Part shown: in pieces, positions 47,241-59,489 of the stretch
How positions within the stretch are numbered: the stretch's first letter is position 1
Layout: each line of letters begins with the position of its first letter
NCBI GenBank assembly: GCA_964057225.1
Contig: OZ059900.1
Coordinates: 7,006,001 to 7,070,000 of the forward strand
Direction of reading: 5' to 3'
Origin: Auanema rhodensis
Taxonomy: Eukaryota > Animalia > Nematoda
DNA length: 64,000 bases
Made by a program: the position numbers and the translations under genes
Notes under the pieces: model-generated
Databases searched by the model: none
What the model saw: only the letters and a program-made list of their open reading frames with translations
What the model was told of the DNA's origin: nothing

Positions 47241-50200
47241 GCGTTGACAAGTTAGTGACTGAGAAGTTCATGAAAGCACGAAAGAGCAATTGAGACAGAT
47301 GATGACATTTCATGTTAATAATGATCAACTATCGTCATTTCATATTCAATTAGTTTTTAAATCAATGATCACAAAGTATAGTTTATAATGAGACATCTAT
47401 ATGATATGTGATCTCATTCATAATTAGCTTCTAATTTATTCCTATTTTTAATTTATTTTACTTTTTTCCTAACAATCATATCATTCAATTCAAAACACTT
47501 TGCAGACAACTGTATACGAACGAATTATGCAAAAGGCACACATCTAGCATCAAAACACTCATCTTTTCGTTCATCCTACTTTAGTATTCCCTCATCTTTC
47601 TGTTGAAATTTTTTAGTACAAGCGAACTGCAACCGCATTTCTGAGCTTTGTGCTATTGGCCTATTCATTTTCTTTTTGTCTTCAAGGGTTAGCCGTTCTC
47701 TCTCCTCCTCTTTCTTGCATCTCTTTTTTCCAATTCTCTGTTTGTAGTTATAAACTACTTTTTTGTTTCAATACACTCACTCTTCTTCATCCATATAAGC
47801 TGTTGCATACAGATATAAGCCAAAACGCAAAACGCATGTCTTACTGCTTCTGTCTGCTAGCACAAGCTTTTGTCGCAGGCTAGACATTTTGCTATTCCTT
47901 GTCAGAAAGGCTGCATTTGGCAGCCGTGTTCCATTTCTCATCCTCACGTCTCTCTGCTTACTCAATCTATCTGGCTTCGTTTGCTTCTCTTCTTCTGGCA
48001 TGTAACCGAACGAAACACTTCAACTTTAGACGAAGTCAAGAAAACCAAAAGGACTTGCAAAGGACAATAGTGAAGTGAATAGAACATCAAGCTTAGCAAC
48101 TATCAAAGTTGCAAACATCTTTTTGACTATGCATGTCTTATTCTTTTAAGATACTCTATTGCAACCAAACCACACATTACACACGATTTGATGAAGAAAC
48201 TTATTCAAATGACAAATAATTGTCTGGTGAACAAAAGTGTATACCATACCAGCGATAGTAAATGTCTTGATAAAATAAAATGGTTCAAAGAAACAGAACG
48301 AAAACGTTATGTCATGATTGTCTCTCCCATTTAGTATAACTTTATTTTGTTAAATGAACCGGTTCGTATAACTATTGTAGTATTTGACCTTGTACTTATC
48401 AACTTCTTGAACTTGTTTGTTCAAAAAAAAGAAACAGAAGAAGATGAGCAAGAACACGACACTACATTGACGTTTAACAACAATCAATATATTGAAGTAT
48501 TGACATTGACGTAAAGGAACAAATTGAGAAATGAATTTCCAGTTAAATATCTGTGAAATCATTATTGACTTGCAAAAATTTAGAAAGAAGGAAAATTTTA
48601 AATGAAAATGAAACAAAATAATAGAAAAATGATTACAAAAAATTTCAAAATCAGTTGTGGTTATGCCGTGTTTTCTGCTTTTTCGTTCGAATGATGTAAA
48701 ATCAAAGAGATGTCAACGAAATCAAACAATAAGGCTTAGCTATTTTTGATAAATAGGAGATAGGGATTATTCGTAAAAGTTATAAATAATATGAACATGA
48801 GAAATAATTGAAAAAGTAATAAAAAATAAAAGTAATGATAAAGAACTAACCACAAGAGCTCGACGAAAAAATGTTTTACAGCCATTACAACTAGGTACAG
48901 AATAATGAATACCACTGGCTAAATCTTGACAGACAACACATAACGTTCCGTCTGGTATCTTTTCACGTTCTGAAATATTTAAATTTAAAAGGATTATATT
49001 GGAACAGTTAAATTTTCTGATAATTAATGTTTTTGTCTTAGTTTATGTTTTTAGTTTTTTTTCATTTTCTCCCCACTATGAAAGTAAATTTTCTTTCCAA
49101 TGCCTTAAACTGAAAGTATTTTTTCCGAAGTCTTGTATTCTTCGGCTTTGAATATGTTCTCTGATTAGGCGAGATCAAAAATGCGAAAGAAACAATGAGT
49201 ATCAGGGGAAGCATATAAACGAACATTGCATTTTGCAGCATTAATCACGTGAATATACTTATGCAAATGATGTATATGCTTTCCCAAAGCTTTTCCTTTT
49301 GCTTCTGTTAATCCAAAATTATAATCATGTTAGTAATAGTTATTTGCTAACATAATTCAATAACATAGTTAATAATAATTATATTTTCAAAGATAAAATG
49401 ATTATACACTAAACGCTTGTTGTCCATTCGTTTAATAATAAAAATTAAAAATAGCCACTTTGCTCCTTCCCCACTTTAATCTTTTTTATGATATGTTCTC
49501 TTTCTATGTTTCATTTTGTCCGTTACTCTGTAGTCTGAGTAAGGGAGACATATGCATGGAAAATGTCAACTTTTTCTCCAAATACGTCATGCCATCAAGA
49601 AGACAAAAAAATAAGTAGCAAGAACGTAACTTTTCACAGTCTCATTGAATTCAAATATTCATAATCTCTTTTTCTTCATCAATTCAGAAAAAACCAAACA
49701 AACACAATGATCTGACTTGATCTCAAAAGTGATCTCAATGCTATCAGATTAAAGCTTATTAGCATCATGATCGGATTGATAGTCAATTATCTTGTTTTTC
49801 CTTTTTATAGAATACTCTCAAAAAAATATATATACTTCTGATTATATGCTCTGCCTGATGTAACTACGAAAGGATTTAGCAAGCAAAAAAACACCGGACA
49901 AACAGATTGAGGACAAGACGGCACACTATTGATTGTGAGAGTATGCATAATGGCAAAAACGGAATATATACAAATACTATATGAATTTATGCTATTATGT
50001 AGCAATTAACAGTAAAAGAAAAGCTTTGATATATATGTTAGTTGAGCAAAAAAAAAAGATCAAAAACTGCTAAGAGTTATTGGATAAACGTGATATATTC
50101 AAAACATCTTTGTAACACTTTATAACTAGTTATATGAATATATCTTAAAAAACTGCTGTAAATATATAGTCATGCTCATATCAATAGAATTTCAATCTTG

Positions 50201-53200
50201 TATTTCTTCTTCGCACCTCATGTTCTATTTTATTTTATTTCGTTTCCTTTCAAAAGCTGAGAATTCGCAACATGTCTCGAGAAATGTCTAGTATTTTATT
50301 CACTGCATAGGCAATATGCTTCCCCAGCTTCCTTGAAAAGCTAGCCGCTGGCCGACTATTGACTAACTCTTTCTGTTTCTCTGTCTCTTTTCCTTCTCTA
50401 ATTCTCTCAGATTAGCTTATATTTTCTACATTCCACATACTTCCGTCTGCTCCAACTATCCCCCTATTCAAATTCAATTTGCTGTTCGCAACATTTAAGT
50501 GTTGCGATTCGAATCATGAGAGCATGAGATGGCAAGACATTTTGGTCTATGATATATGCATTTCATATTGCCTTTCACACTACGTTGAACTCAGCCTTTT
50601 CACTCGTCACTCATGTGTGTACGGAACAAAGTTAGCAAGCTATCATGTGCTAAGCTCCCATACCCATGTTTTTCATTAAATTCTATAGATGAGAATGACT
50701 TAGTCTACTTCTATTTTTCTATTCTCTCTTGTTCCCATTCTTTCTTTCATCTTCCTACTCTATGTTTTTATGTCTTTGCCTGGCTCGTATGTCTCACTCA
50801 ATCGTCCTCAATCATTTTCGCAATTGCCTTTTTCAACAGAAAGATAAATAAATGTTTATGCCATATCGTCATGCTTTGACAACAAGTTTATAAGGCAAAG
50901 CAGACGTGTCAATAGCATGACCATGGATAAATTTTGGCTTTCTTGTAAATATGAAGCCTAATAGCTCTCGCTTCAAACTTAAGCAATTGGTCCGGTTTGC
51001 TTCATTCAAGAAAGAAACGGATGAACAGAATCCCAAGCATGAACAGCAAGATATTAGCTCAGATATACTATATGTGCATAGCACATATACTCATTCATAA
51101 TATGCAGAGACAAAATTGCTCTTTAGTGAACTTTGGGAATATAACCACAAGTGTAATTTCAACTGCTCATAGCACCTTAGCACTAAAGCAATTAAACGGA
51201 ATGAGACTAATATGGGAAACATAGCAAAACCGCAAATTTCGATCACTAGCCAGTACACTAAGTAATAGCAATAGCTTTAATGGCCAGAACCTCACGTGTT
51301 TTCTCTCTACTTCAAAAGTATTTATCCAACATATGCACACATAGAACCTTTTTTAAAAATTTTAAACAAAATTAATGAGCATATGACAGTTAAAAAAAAC
51401 ATATGAGAAACAATTACAAAGCTTTTTATACTTCACATTTGGCTAAATATGTATTTGAATAGTAAACTTGATTTGACCAGTTGCAATCAATGAAGGCAAA
51501 GAAAAATGTATTTTGTCTCTACCTCCCTATTCTCTAACTAAACATCGAAGCAACACGTTATCTCACTCTTCGTACACTAGTAACAAAAAAATAAAATAAA
51601 AATAAACATAAATTCAGAAAAAAAATGCAAAATAACCAACTTTTTGTTTTTGGCATCATATCATTATGATATAATACCATAGATACTGGCGACAGAATCA
51701 TGGCTGCCAGATGACGGGTCCAGGACCGTTAGCAGACACCGACTATAACCGGAAAAAGACAAGAAAAGAATGCATTCATCATTAACATGTAGCGTTAAAG
51801 CGCAAGTTAAGTATCATACGAGAAAGAAGGCAGAAACAATTGTTGTTGTAAAACTGAAGAAAATAGAGAAATATTATCAGTATAGGAATATATATATATA
51901 TATAAATTGTATTGTAAACTGTAAATATCCATTCAATGATGAACAAATTGCCAAATGCATGCAAAAAAACACAAAAATGATGAATAAAAATGAAAAAATA
52001 CTATGGCAAAATAGATACAAACAACCAAATGTAATATATAAACCATTTCTTTTTTAGGGTGGGAGGGCATAAAATCGTTCAAGAATCGTAAAAACATGAA
52101 AATAGTGGAATAAGTATGTATTAGAATGAGGTAATCGGAAGAGCATAATGTTTAGCATGATAGGATTGTTAACCGGAACATGCATATACATGACCTGCTA
52201 TTAACGGGATTCTGGAATTGATTTCAGGATAAAAACAAGCTCGCTTCTAACCACGAAGAAAATAAAAAAGCTAGATCACAAGAACAACAGAAAATCAACA
52301 CCGAGCTCTCTTCTCTTTAAATTTGTCAATGAACCCACACTACTTCTTCTATTCTTTTCTTTTTTTCTTCAGTTCTCATGCGCATTTTTTCTTCATTTCC
52401 TCTCTCTACTTGACTTCGACTTCTCAGTTTAAATTGACGTCCATTTTCATATTGTATTCGTCATGAATATACTCTTTTTTCTACTGCTTTTTCACAGAAG
52501 CTGATGAATAAATCTTATTAAAAGAATCCAATTTTATTTTTTTGTTTTCACTATCTTTGCACAGGACCTAATTCTCTTTTCACACTTTTCTTATCTTAAT
52601 TGACCGGAAGGCATTTCTAAGACGGCCGGAAGAAACTATCGTCACCTAGCACTACATTCTAAGACGGCGACACTTACTCATCTTATATGCTAAAGTCGCC
52701 ATGCCACATGGGCAAAAGCAGCAGAGCGAAAACTAAATTCAAGGCATCCTAACTCAAACACATTCACATAATATACGCATAGTTTAAAAAAAACGAGAAA
52801 AAATGAGAAAATGAGAGTAAAAATGCTAAATTTTGTTTGCCAAAAAGTACATAAGCAGATGAGAAGACGAATAGCAAGCAAGCAATATAGTTCGTGTTGT
52901 TGTCTCTTCCTTCTCTCATTCTTTTTTTTCTTACGTGTTGTTATGCATCAAGAAAAAAAGTTGAGACGATGGCTTCTCAGCTTGACATACTACTAGGCAT
53001 CCACAGGCTAGCTGCACCAAATCCTCAGCCATCACTAGATTCATGATGATGCCTATCGTCGCCTTCATATTGATATTGTTTTTGCTGTTATTTCTTATTG
53101 TTTTTATTTAGAACGACAGGCAAGTGCTTAATCGTTGGATATACGAATTCATTCAGCACGTGGACAACGGAGAGAATGAGAGAGAAGGAGAGAGAGAAAA

Positions 53201-56200
53201 TGCGGCATGGAAACAAAGAGGTGGAGCTCTGTTTACTGGACAAGCACTGATAATAATATATTCTGAGCTGAAGAAAGAGGGAAATAATAATGATTGGCAG
53301 TTGAATAGCTTCAAGACTAATCTCCATTTGAATATCTAGCTATTCAATAAACTGTACTACTTCAATTTTCAAATATTTACTAATAGAGAAAAAAGAAAAC
53401 ATCTGCATCATATATAGATTTGATGGAAATAGAGACATTAGCTTAGCAATACGTTGAACGCGCAATGAACTGTGTACTTTGCCTCGCAGCCAATACGAAA
53501 AGGAAAACAGCAAGGAATTTATGTAGAGTATGCTATGAAATCTTAAATGAGAAAACAGTAATAACATCTGAATAAGAAAAAAATAAAATTAAAAACACTA
53601 CAACGATAAGGCCGAGGCTGCTGGAACTTCCAGAAGCTTGGCTTCAGCTGGCTAATAGCGACGTCGTCGTGAACAACGGCAACAACGACAGCAGTGGACC
53701 GGTCCCGGCGGGACCCATAGAGGAAAAGAAGAAGTACGCACGCTTGGTCCGAATAGAAGATTGTCGCCGTCGCTATTGAGAGGGACACAAAACGAGGGAA
53801 AATGGACTTAAAGAGAAAAAATAGTGAACGAGGAACATATATTAACAAGAGGTTATAAAGGATGGAAAGAAAATGAAAAGCAAAAGAAAAAGAGAGAGAT
53901 AGAGATAGCTAGAGAAAAAGAAAAGAAAGAGAAAGAGAGGGAAAGCAAAAATGTGGGAGATTGGCTAGTGGCAGTTGAAGAGGGCGGGACCAACGGTCTG
54001 GTTCACTCGTCCGTGCCAATACTCTCTCCGTCCTCCTCTCTTTCTCTCTGCATCACTGGACTTTACTTGGCTCTCTATCCATCGTTATGTTGTTGCCAAC
54101 CCATCTATTTTCTCTCAACATCTGTCTCTCTGAATCGCTCTCTGCGTTTGTGCATGACCGACTGCATGTCATCGAACTGCTTTGAGCTTTCATTCTTTTT
54201 CACCTCTGCCCCTACATCCATCTATCCAAATCAAAATCAGTTTTTTTCTTTTTCCGTCTCGTCAGAACTACTATCTTAGCCTTTTTCTGTTTATAAGCGA
54301 AATATTTGCTGCAGCTTTCGGAAAAGTTGTAGTAAATGGCCAAATCCATTGGGCAGCAAGTACCAGCCAACAGGTATAAGACACAGAAAATATAAAAACG
54401 AAAAACAAAAAAATAGAGTTACAACTTATGAAAAGAGTAAAAACGAGAGAGCAGAAGTAAAATAATCAAAAAATGCCAAACGATATGCTACTGAGAAGAC
54501 TGGAATTTAAAAAAAAAAAAAAAAAAAAAACAAGAAAATAAGCAATGAAGCAATTAATTGGCAGACTGTGCCATGTGTGAAAAAACAATACATATACAGC
54601 AGCTATCACTCTCACTAATGAAATTAAGCAAAGATGGAGAGCAAAATTGAGACGTTGAACGGAAGAAAAAAGAGAAGATGGCTTTGTTTTTTTCTTAAAA
54701 AGCTCAAACACAAGAAAAAAGTAAATAAATAACTTTGGTAGGAAAAAATATTTCTAATATCTTGTACTAAAAGGATGATATCCGATTGTCAAGATTTACA
54801 GTCAAATAATATACTCTCCAATAAAAGCTTATGTTGAAAATGGGCAATTCAAACTTGTAAACGCACTATTTCTGTCGTTTGAATGACTTTAGTGCACAGC
54901 TGTACTTACCTACTTTCTTCCGCTTGCATTTTCTCATCCGAACAGCATTTTTTAGTTTGCAGCCTCTCACATATCTACTCACATAACCTTTTTTTCTGTA
55001 TCTTGTTAGGGAATCTATTCTAGATCATTCATTTTTTGCCGACTTTTCTTTACTGCACTAGCTATTCTCATAAACTTCTCGTACATATGATGGCATACAT
55101 TTAGCGACACTGTTATTGGCTTATTAAAACATTTCAAATGGCCACTAAAATTTTTTTCCGCTGTCTTCTATCATTACACAGGTTTCACATAAAATGGATT
55201 CTAACACTATATATTAACAAGCTGGCAATAAGAAAAGACAGACAATTCAATTATTTCTCTCAAAAGCGTATTATAATTGTGCTTTATCTCACTAGTTGAA
55301 AACGAAACCACTACTGAAAATACGTTGTAAACTGTTAGGAAAAAATTCGAAAAACCGCACATACGCTAAAATAAATGGAACTAAAAAGAAAAAAAATCAA
55401 ATATAGATTGATTTGTGCTATTCTCACTGTCATTATTCATCGTTTATATGCCTAGTTGGTAGAATAAAAAACACAGCATAAATAGTTTCAAAATAAACAA
55501 ATTTTGATTGCTGTCACCACACACATACATACACGAGTGTTGTGCTGAACAAAAACTGTCAAAAAGAAAGAAGAAGAGTATGTAAGAGTATTTAATTCTG
55601 TTTCTAACTCGTTACATTCATATTTGACCACACGCAACAACCAATAAACAAAAACTAGAAAATATTATGAAAGAACCAAACAATATAAAGCTGAAAGCAA
55701 ATATGATGCACTTAGATCTGTAATACAAATTTTAGATAATAGAAAATGATGGGGAAAAATTAAGAAATTGGAAAAAAAATTCAAGATTTCTAATGATGTT
55801 GGAGTAGCTCACAATAAATAAAAATTTTCATGAAATGCGAAATGGAATGAAAAAAACGATTGAATAATATAATCAATTTACAATATAATAAAATTGTAAA
55901 AAAAATAGAGATGAAAAACATATCTCCACATCTTCTCATATGTGAAATTATGAATAATATTCAAAGAAGATCTCTTAAAAATATGAATATAGTCATTTTT
56001 TGTATTTCCTATGTCATTATCAAAGAAACAATTAGCTATATTCATATTTTCGCTTTAAAAAATAGCAAAAATAAAGCTAATGGAATGATAAAATATGCTA
56101 TATGACCGTAATTTGAACTAGAAATAACTAGATAGTTAAAGTTTTAAGAGAATAAACTGTGTACACTATGCTAGCACAAAACAGCGACAACCACAACAAT

Positions 56201-56778
56201 GGGAAATTGAAACACAACCTATATTTATTGGCTATTTAAGCTAGCTGTATTCCCTAAATGTATAAATGTATAACTTAATTATACTATAAATACTATATAC
56301 AGATAAACTTGGCATTAGGACTCATAACAGCTACTATAATACTCACTGCAGGAAAAAAAAATAACAACAGAATCTAGTTACAGGCGTGTCAAATACATGT
56401 AGACATTCGCATCATATCACGTTGTACCCACCGGTACATACATACATATGATAGAATCATCAGCAACATACGTACAGGCATCTACACACATACATACATA
56501 CATACACACACACGATGCATTTACAATCTATGAAATAAAAAACTGATAATACCCAAAATATGTATATAGTTTTGAAAATTAAAAAGTCTATTCGAATGAA
56601 AATAGTTGAATGCTTTTGTTTCTCGAAACTTTGAAAATTGATCAAAATAAGAATCAGAACGTAAACACAAATAAACCTATACAGTTATTCCAACATTTCT
56701 ATTTTTTACTATATACATATTAAATAAAAATAGAAATAAAAAAGTAAATAAAACAGCAAACTTACTATTGTTTGGCAT
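36614..56778 (-). CDS. nhr-40: HNF4-derived supplementary nuclear hormone receptor (C4 zinc-finger DBD plus LBD)
   Basis: Exon 56778-56766 MPNN; exon 48969-48851 [39 protein letters not shown] (P-box CNGCKT); exon 39293-39242 [17 protein letters not shown]; exon 39115-39050 [22 protein letters not shown]; then [13 protein letters not shown]; LBD with [22 protein letters not shown]; last exon [31 protein letters not shown]-stop (TAG 36616-36614). The NHR call is secure; the nhr-40 name and the choice of first exon are less so. Confidence 0.8.
47203..47234. repeat. (TA)16 microsatellite in the large nhr-40 intron
   Basis: Perfect dinucleotide run read directly. Confidence 0.95.
52678..52702 (-). 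CDS. nhr-40: Candidate alternative first coding exon of nhr-40 (MATLAYKM plus 1 nt)
   Basis: ATG, 8 codons and 1 nt followed by a GTAAGT donor. Phase 1 matches the 48969 DBD exon. Lies downstream of a promoter-like region at about 53600-54260. Confidence 0.5.
53600..54260 (-). promoter_or_regulatory. Putative internal nhr-40 promoter or outron
   Basis: GC-rich island 53600-53790 with palindromes (CTGGAACTTCCAG, GGACCGGTCC), a GA-rich tract 53860-53960, then a switch to CT-rich sequence after about 54000. Confidence 0.4.
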
Positions 56779-56808
56779 TTCCTGAGCTAATCTACATGTC
56801 CACCACTG
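56766..56808 (-). promoter_or_regulatory. nhr-40 distal first exon (40 nt) with T-rich CAG acceptor, a candidate SL trans-splice site
   Basis: Minus strand reads TTTTTTTTCAG|TGGTGGACATGTAGATTAGCTCAGGAA-ATG CCA AAC AAT A|GTAAGT, with consensus acceptor and donor on both sides. Confidence 0.6.
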
Positions 56809-58543
56809 AAAAAAAAATTCTTCACTATAAAAGTATATTTATATCATAATTGAAATTCTGTGAAATTTCACTCTTAAAGTTATAAATAAATTGTTTTTCA
56901 CAAAAACAGACTGGAAAAATCCATAACCTGTCCAAACTATCAGATACGAGATATTAGTGAGAGAATTTGAAAAAAAGTAAGAGATTTTTTAAAATAAAAT
57001 ATAATAGTAACACATAAAACGAGTAATATTTTTTATTTATACTATCTTAAATCTAATAAATTTGCATTAAATCATGCACTTTAAAGAACATTTTAAGAAA
57101 AAAATATAAATAATATAAACTTACACATATCTATCAAATACGCGGCCAATTCAATAAATTTTTAAAACCTAGAGTTGAATAACCGATAAGTATATACCCA
57201 TATATTGTTCAAGTTAACAAAAAACTTTTTAACTATCCTAAAAAACAGACATTAATTGTTTTTTAAAGTTACAAACATACTAAAAATTATTCGAATAATA
57301 TAGTCAAAAGTATCAAACATCGAGCTTATGAGAGAAATGTATAAAAGAATTATAATAAAGATGTATAATGGTGAAAATATAAAATTGTTATTAGAAATTA
57401 TCAAAATGCTATTTATTCATGAAAAAAAAAATCATTTTCACGGAAGTATTTGAATAAAATGTAGAACGAAAGATAGAACTTAACATAAAAGGATAAGTGA
57501 AAGGGATGTTGACGTTGACTATTATACTAACTCATCTAATAGTATTATTTTGAATAGTTAAAAAAACAGCAACAACAAAATAATAATAATAATAATAATA
57601 GAGGCAGAAATATGATTCAATTATATATAGTAAAAGCTACAATTATAGCTTCAATTCAGAGGAATGGCGATAAATTATTAATTCATTAACGTATTTCACT
57701 TATATTTCGATTCGTTAACACACCTGCTATAGATATACAAAATCTATACAAATTATGCACAACTATCAAATAAAGAATAACAAACAAGATTTACGCGGGA
57801 ATAATGAAACACATTAAGGGTTAACATAATTCATAAAAGTAAAGGGTATAAACAGTTTGAACAGCAAAAATAACAATAAATAAAGTAATATTAAACTTTG
57901 TATTTTGTGCGTCGTTATCGATTTTTAATTGCGACCTCATATAAACATCAAACGGGACTGTTAAATCAATTGTAAACAGTAACAGACGGCAATGATAAGT
58001 TTTTGTTTGAGCAGCATATAGTTACATATTAATATTACTATGTACAAGAAATATAATTGGATGCAATTTAGTGAAGAAGTCATGTGGTATTGAAAAAACA
58101 TTGTAAACAGAGAAGTGTTTGAAAAAAAAAGACTTGGAGATATTCCAACAGAGCAGGTTGAGTGGTTATCTTAAACAGATGAAAAACATATTGTAATCTT
58201 AGTTCAACAACGTGAAGTTTAAAAAATCTTCAAGATAGTTCAAATCCATATCATATGACTATTAGAAAAATTTGAAGAGTGTTAGCTCACATTCTATTTG
58301 TATAAGCTTCAAGTGAGAATAAACGGAATTTTTTTTTTGCGTGAGTAGGTAGTTTGTAAGTTTTTTCAATATTTTTGTGGAACAACAGAAGCAACTGCTA
58401 GTTAATCTAACGAAGAATTTTAGTTAACGTAGAACGATAAGAAAAGCGTTAGAGCAATAGCACAGACAAGGACGAAAGTAGTTGTAGCTAACACACGTAG
58501 AAAAGCTGGAAAGAAAGAAAAAGAGAGATAGAGAGAGAAAAAT

Positions 58544-58545
<2 letters not shown>

Positions 58546-58578
<33 letters not shown>
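58546..58578. repeat. (AG)16 microsatellite within a purine-rich tract (about 58500-58730) upstream of nhr-40
   Basis: Read directly from the sequence. Confidence 0.95.
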
Positions 58579-58581
<3 letters not shown>

Positions 58582-59355
58582 AGAAGAAAAGAAAGAACAA
58601 GTGGTGTTGATGAGAGAGAGAGGGAGAAAGATAGAGAAAAAGAAAGAAAGTAACATAATGAAATAGTTGAATGTTGAGAGAAGTTGGAGAAGAAAATGAA
58701 GAAATGTAGACGACGACGAGGAGAGAGTCAGATGATCAAAGCTCTTAGAGACACGAATAAGAAGGAACTAACTGAACGATAGTCGGTGATAGAGATTGAC
58801 TAAATATGTTACAGGTTAAGAGGGACGAAACGAGTGCGCAAGATGACATACAACTGAAGATCAGAGAAACAATTGGAACGACATAACGAGAAGGTAAAGT
58901 GATGTTGTTGAGAAGGAAAGTACAGGTCAGTCATTGAAAAACACGTTCAGGGCATACATACAGAAGAACAGACAAGAATCTCTTCGATCATCGATGCAGC
59001 TCATCGTTCCATCGCTCTCATCATTCTGCTTTCTCTTTCAATCTCTCTCTCCCTATTCTCTTCCCAACTACATTCATGAACACGTTACTTACTCATGGTC
59101 GTCTAAAAGTCATCATCACAATCTTCTTCATTGTCATCTCATTATTGAAAAAAATCTGTATTTCTTTTACATTTAAAAAATTGCGTTATTTGCCTTATCA
59201 GACAATTAATACCACCCACTAAAAAATTACAACGAAATCGATGTAAGGTAGATGAGACAAATGTAGTAATGATGATAGGTTAGCAGATCTTACGAATAAG
59301 TAGCAATTTCAAAAACTTCAAGCAGTATTAGGAATTAGTTTTAAAAATAGTATTT

Positions 59356-59373
59356 ATGTATATACATATATGA

Positions 59374-59404
<31 letters not shown>

Positions 59405-59489
59405 TTAATATATGTATATGTATATATAGATATATATAGTATATCTACACATAAGTATATAAATATATATATATAGAGAGAGAGAGAGA
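59356..59489. repeat. Compound (TA)n / (GA)n low-complexity tract
   Basis: Perfect AT run at 59374-59400 flanked by degenerate TA repeats and a short (AG)n run. Confidence 0.9.
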
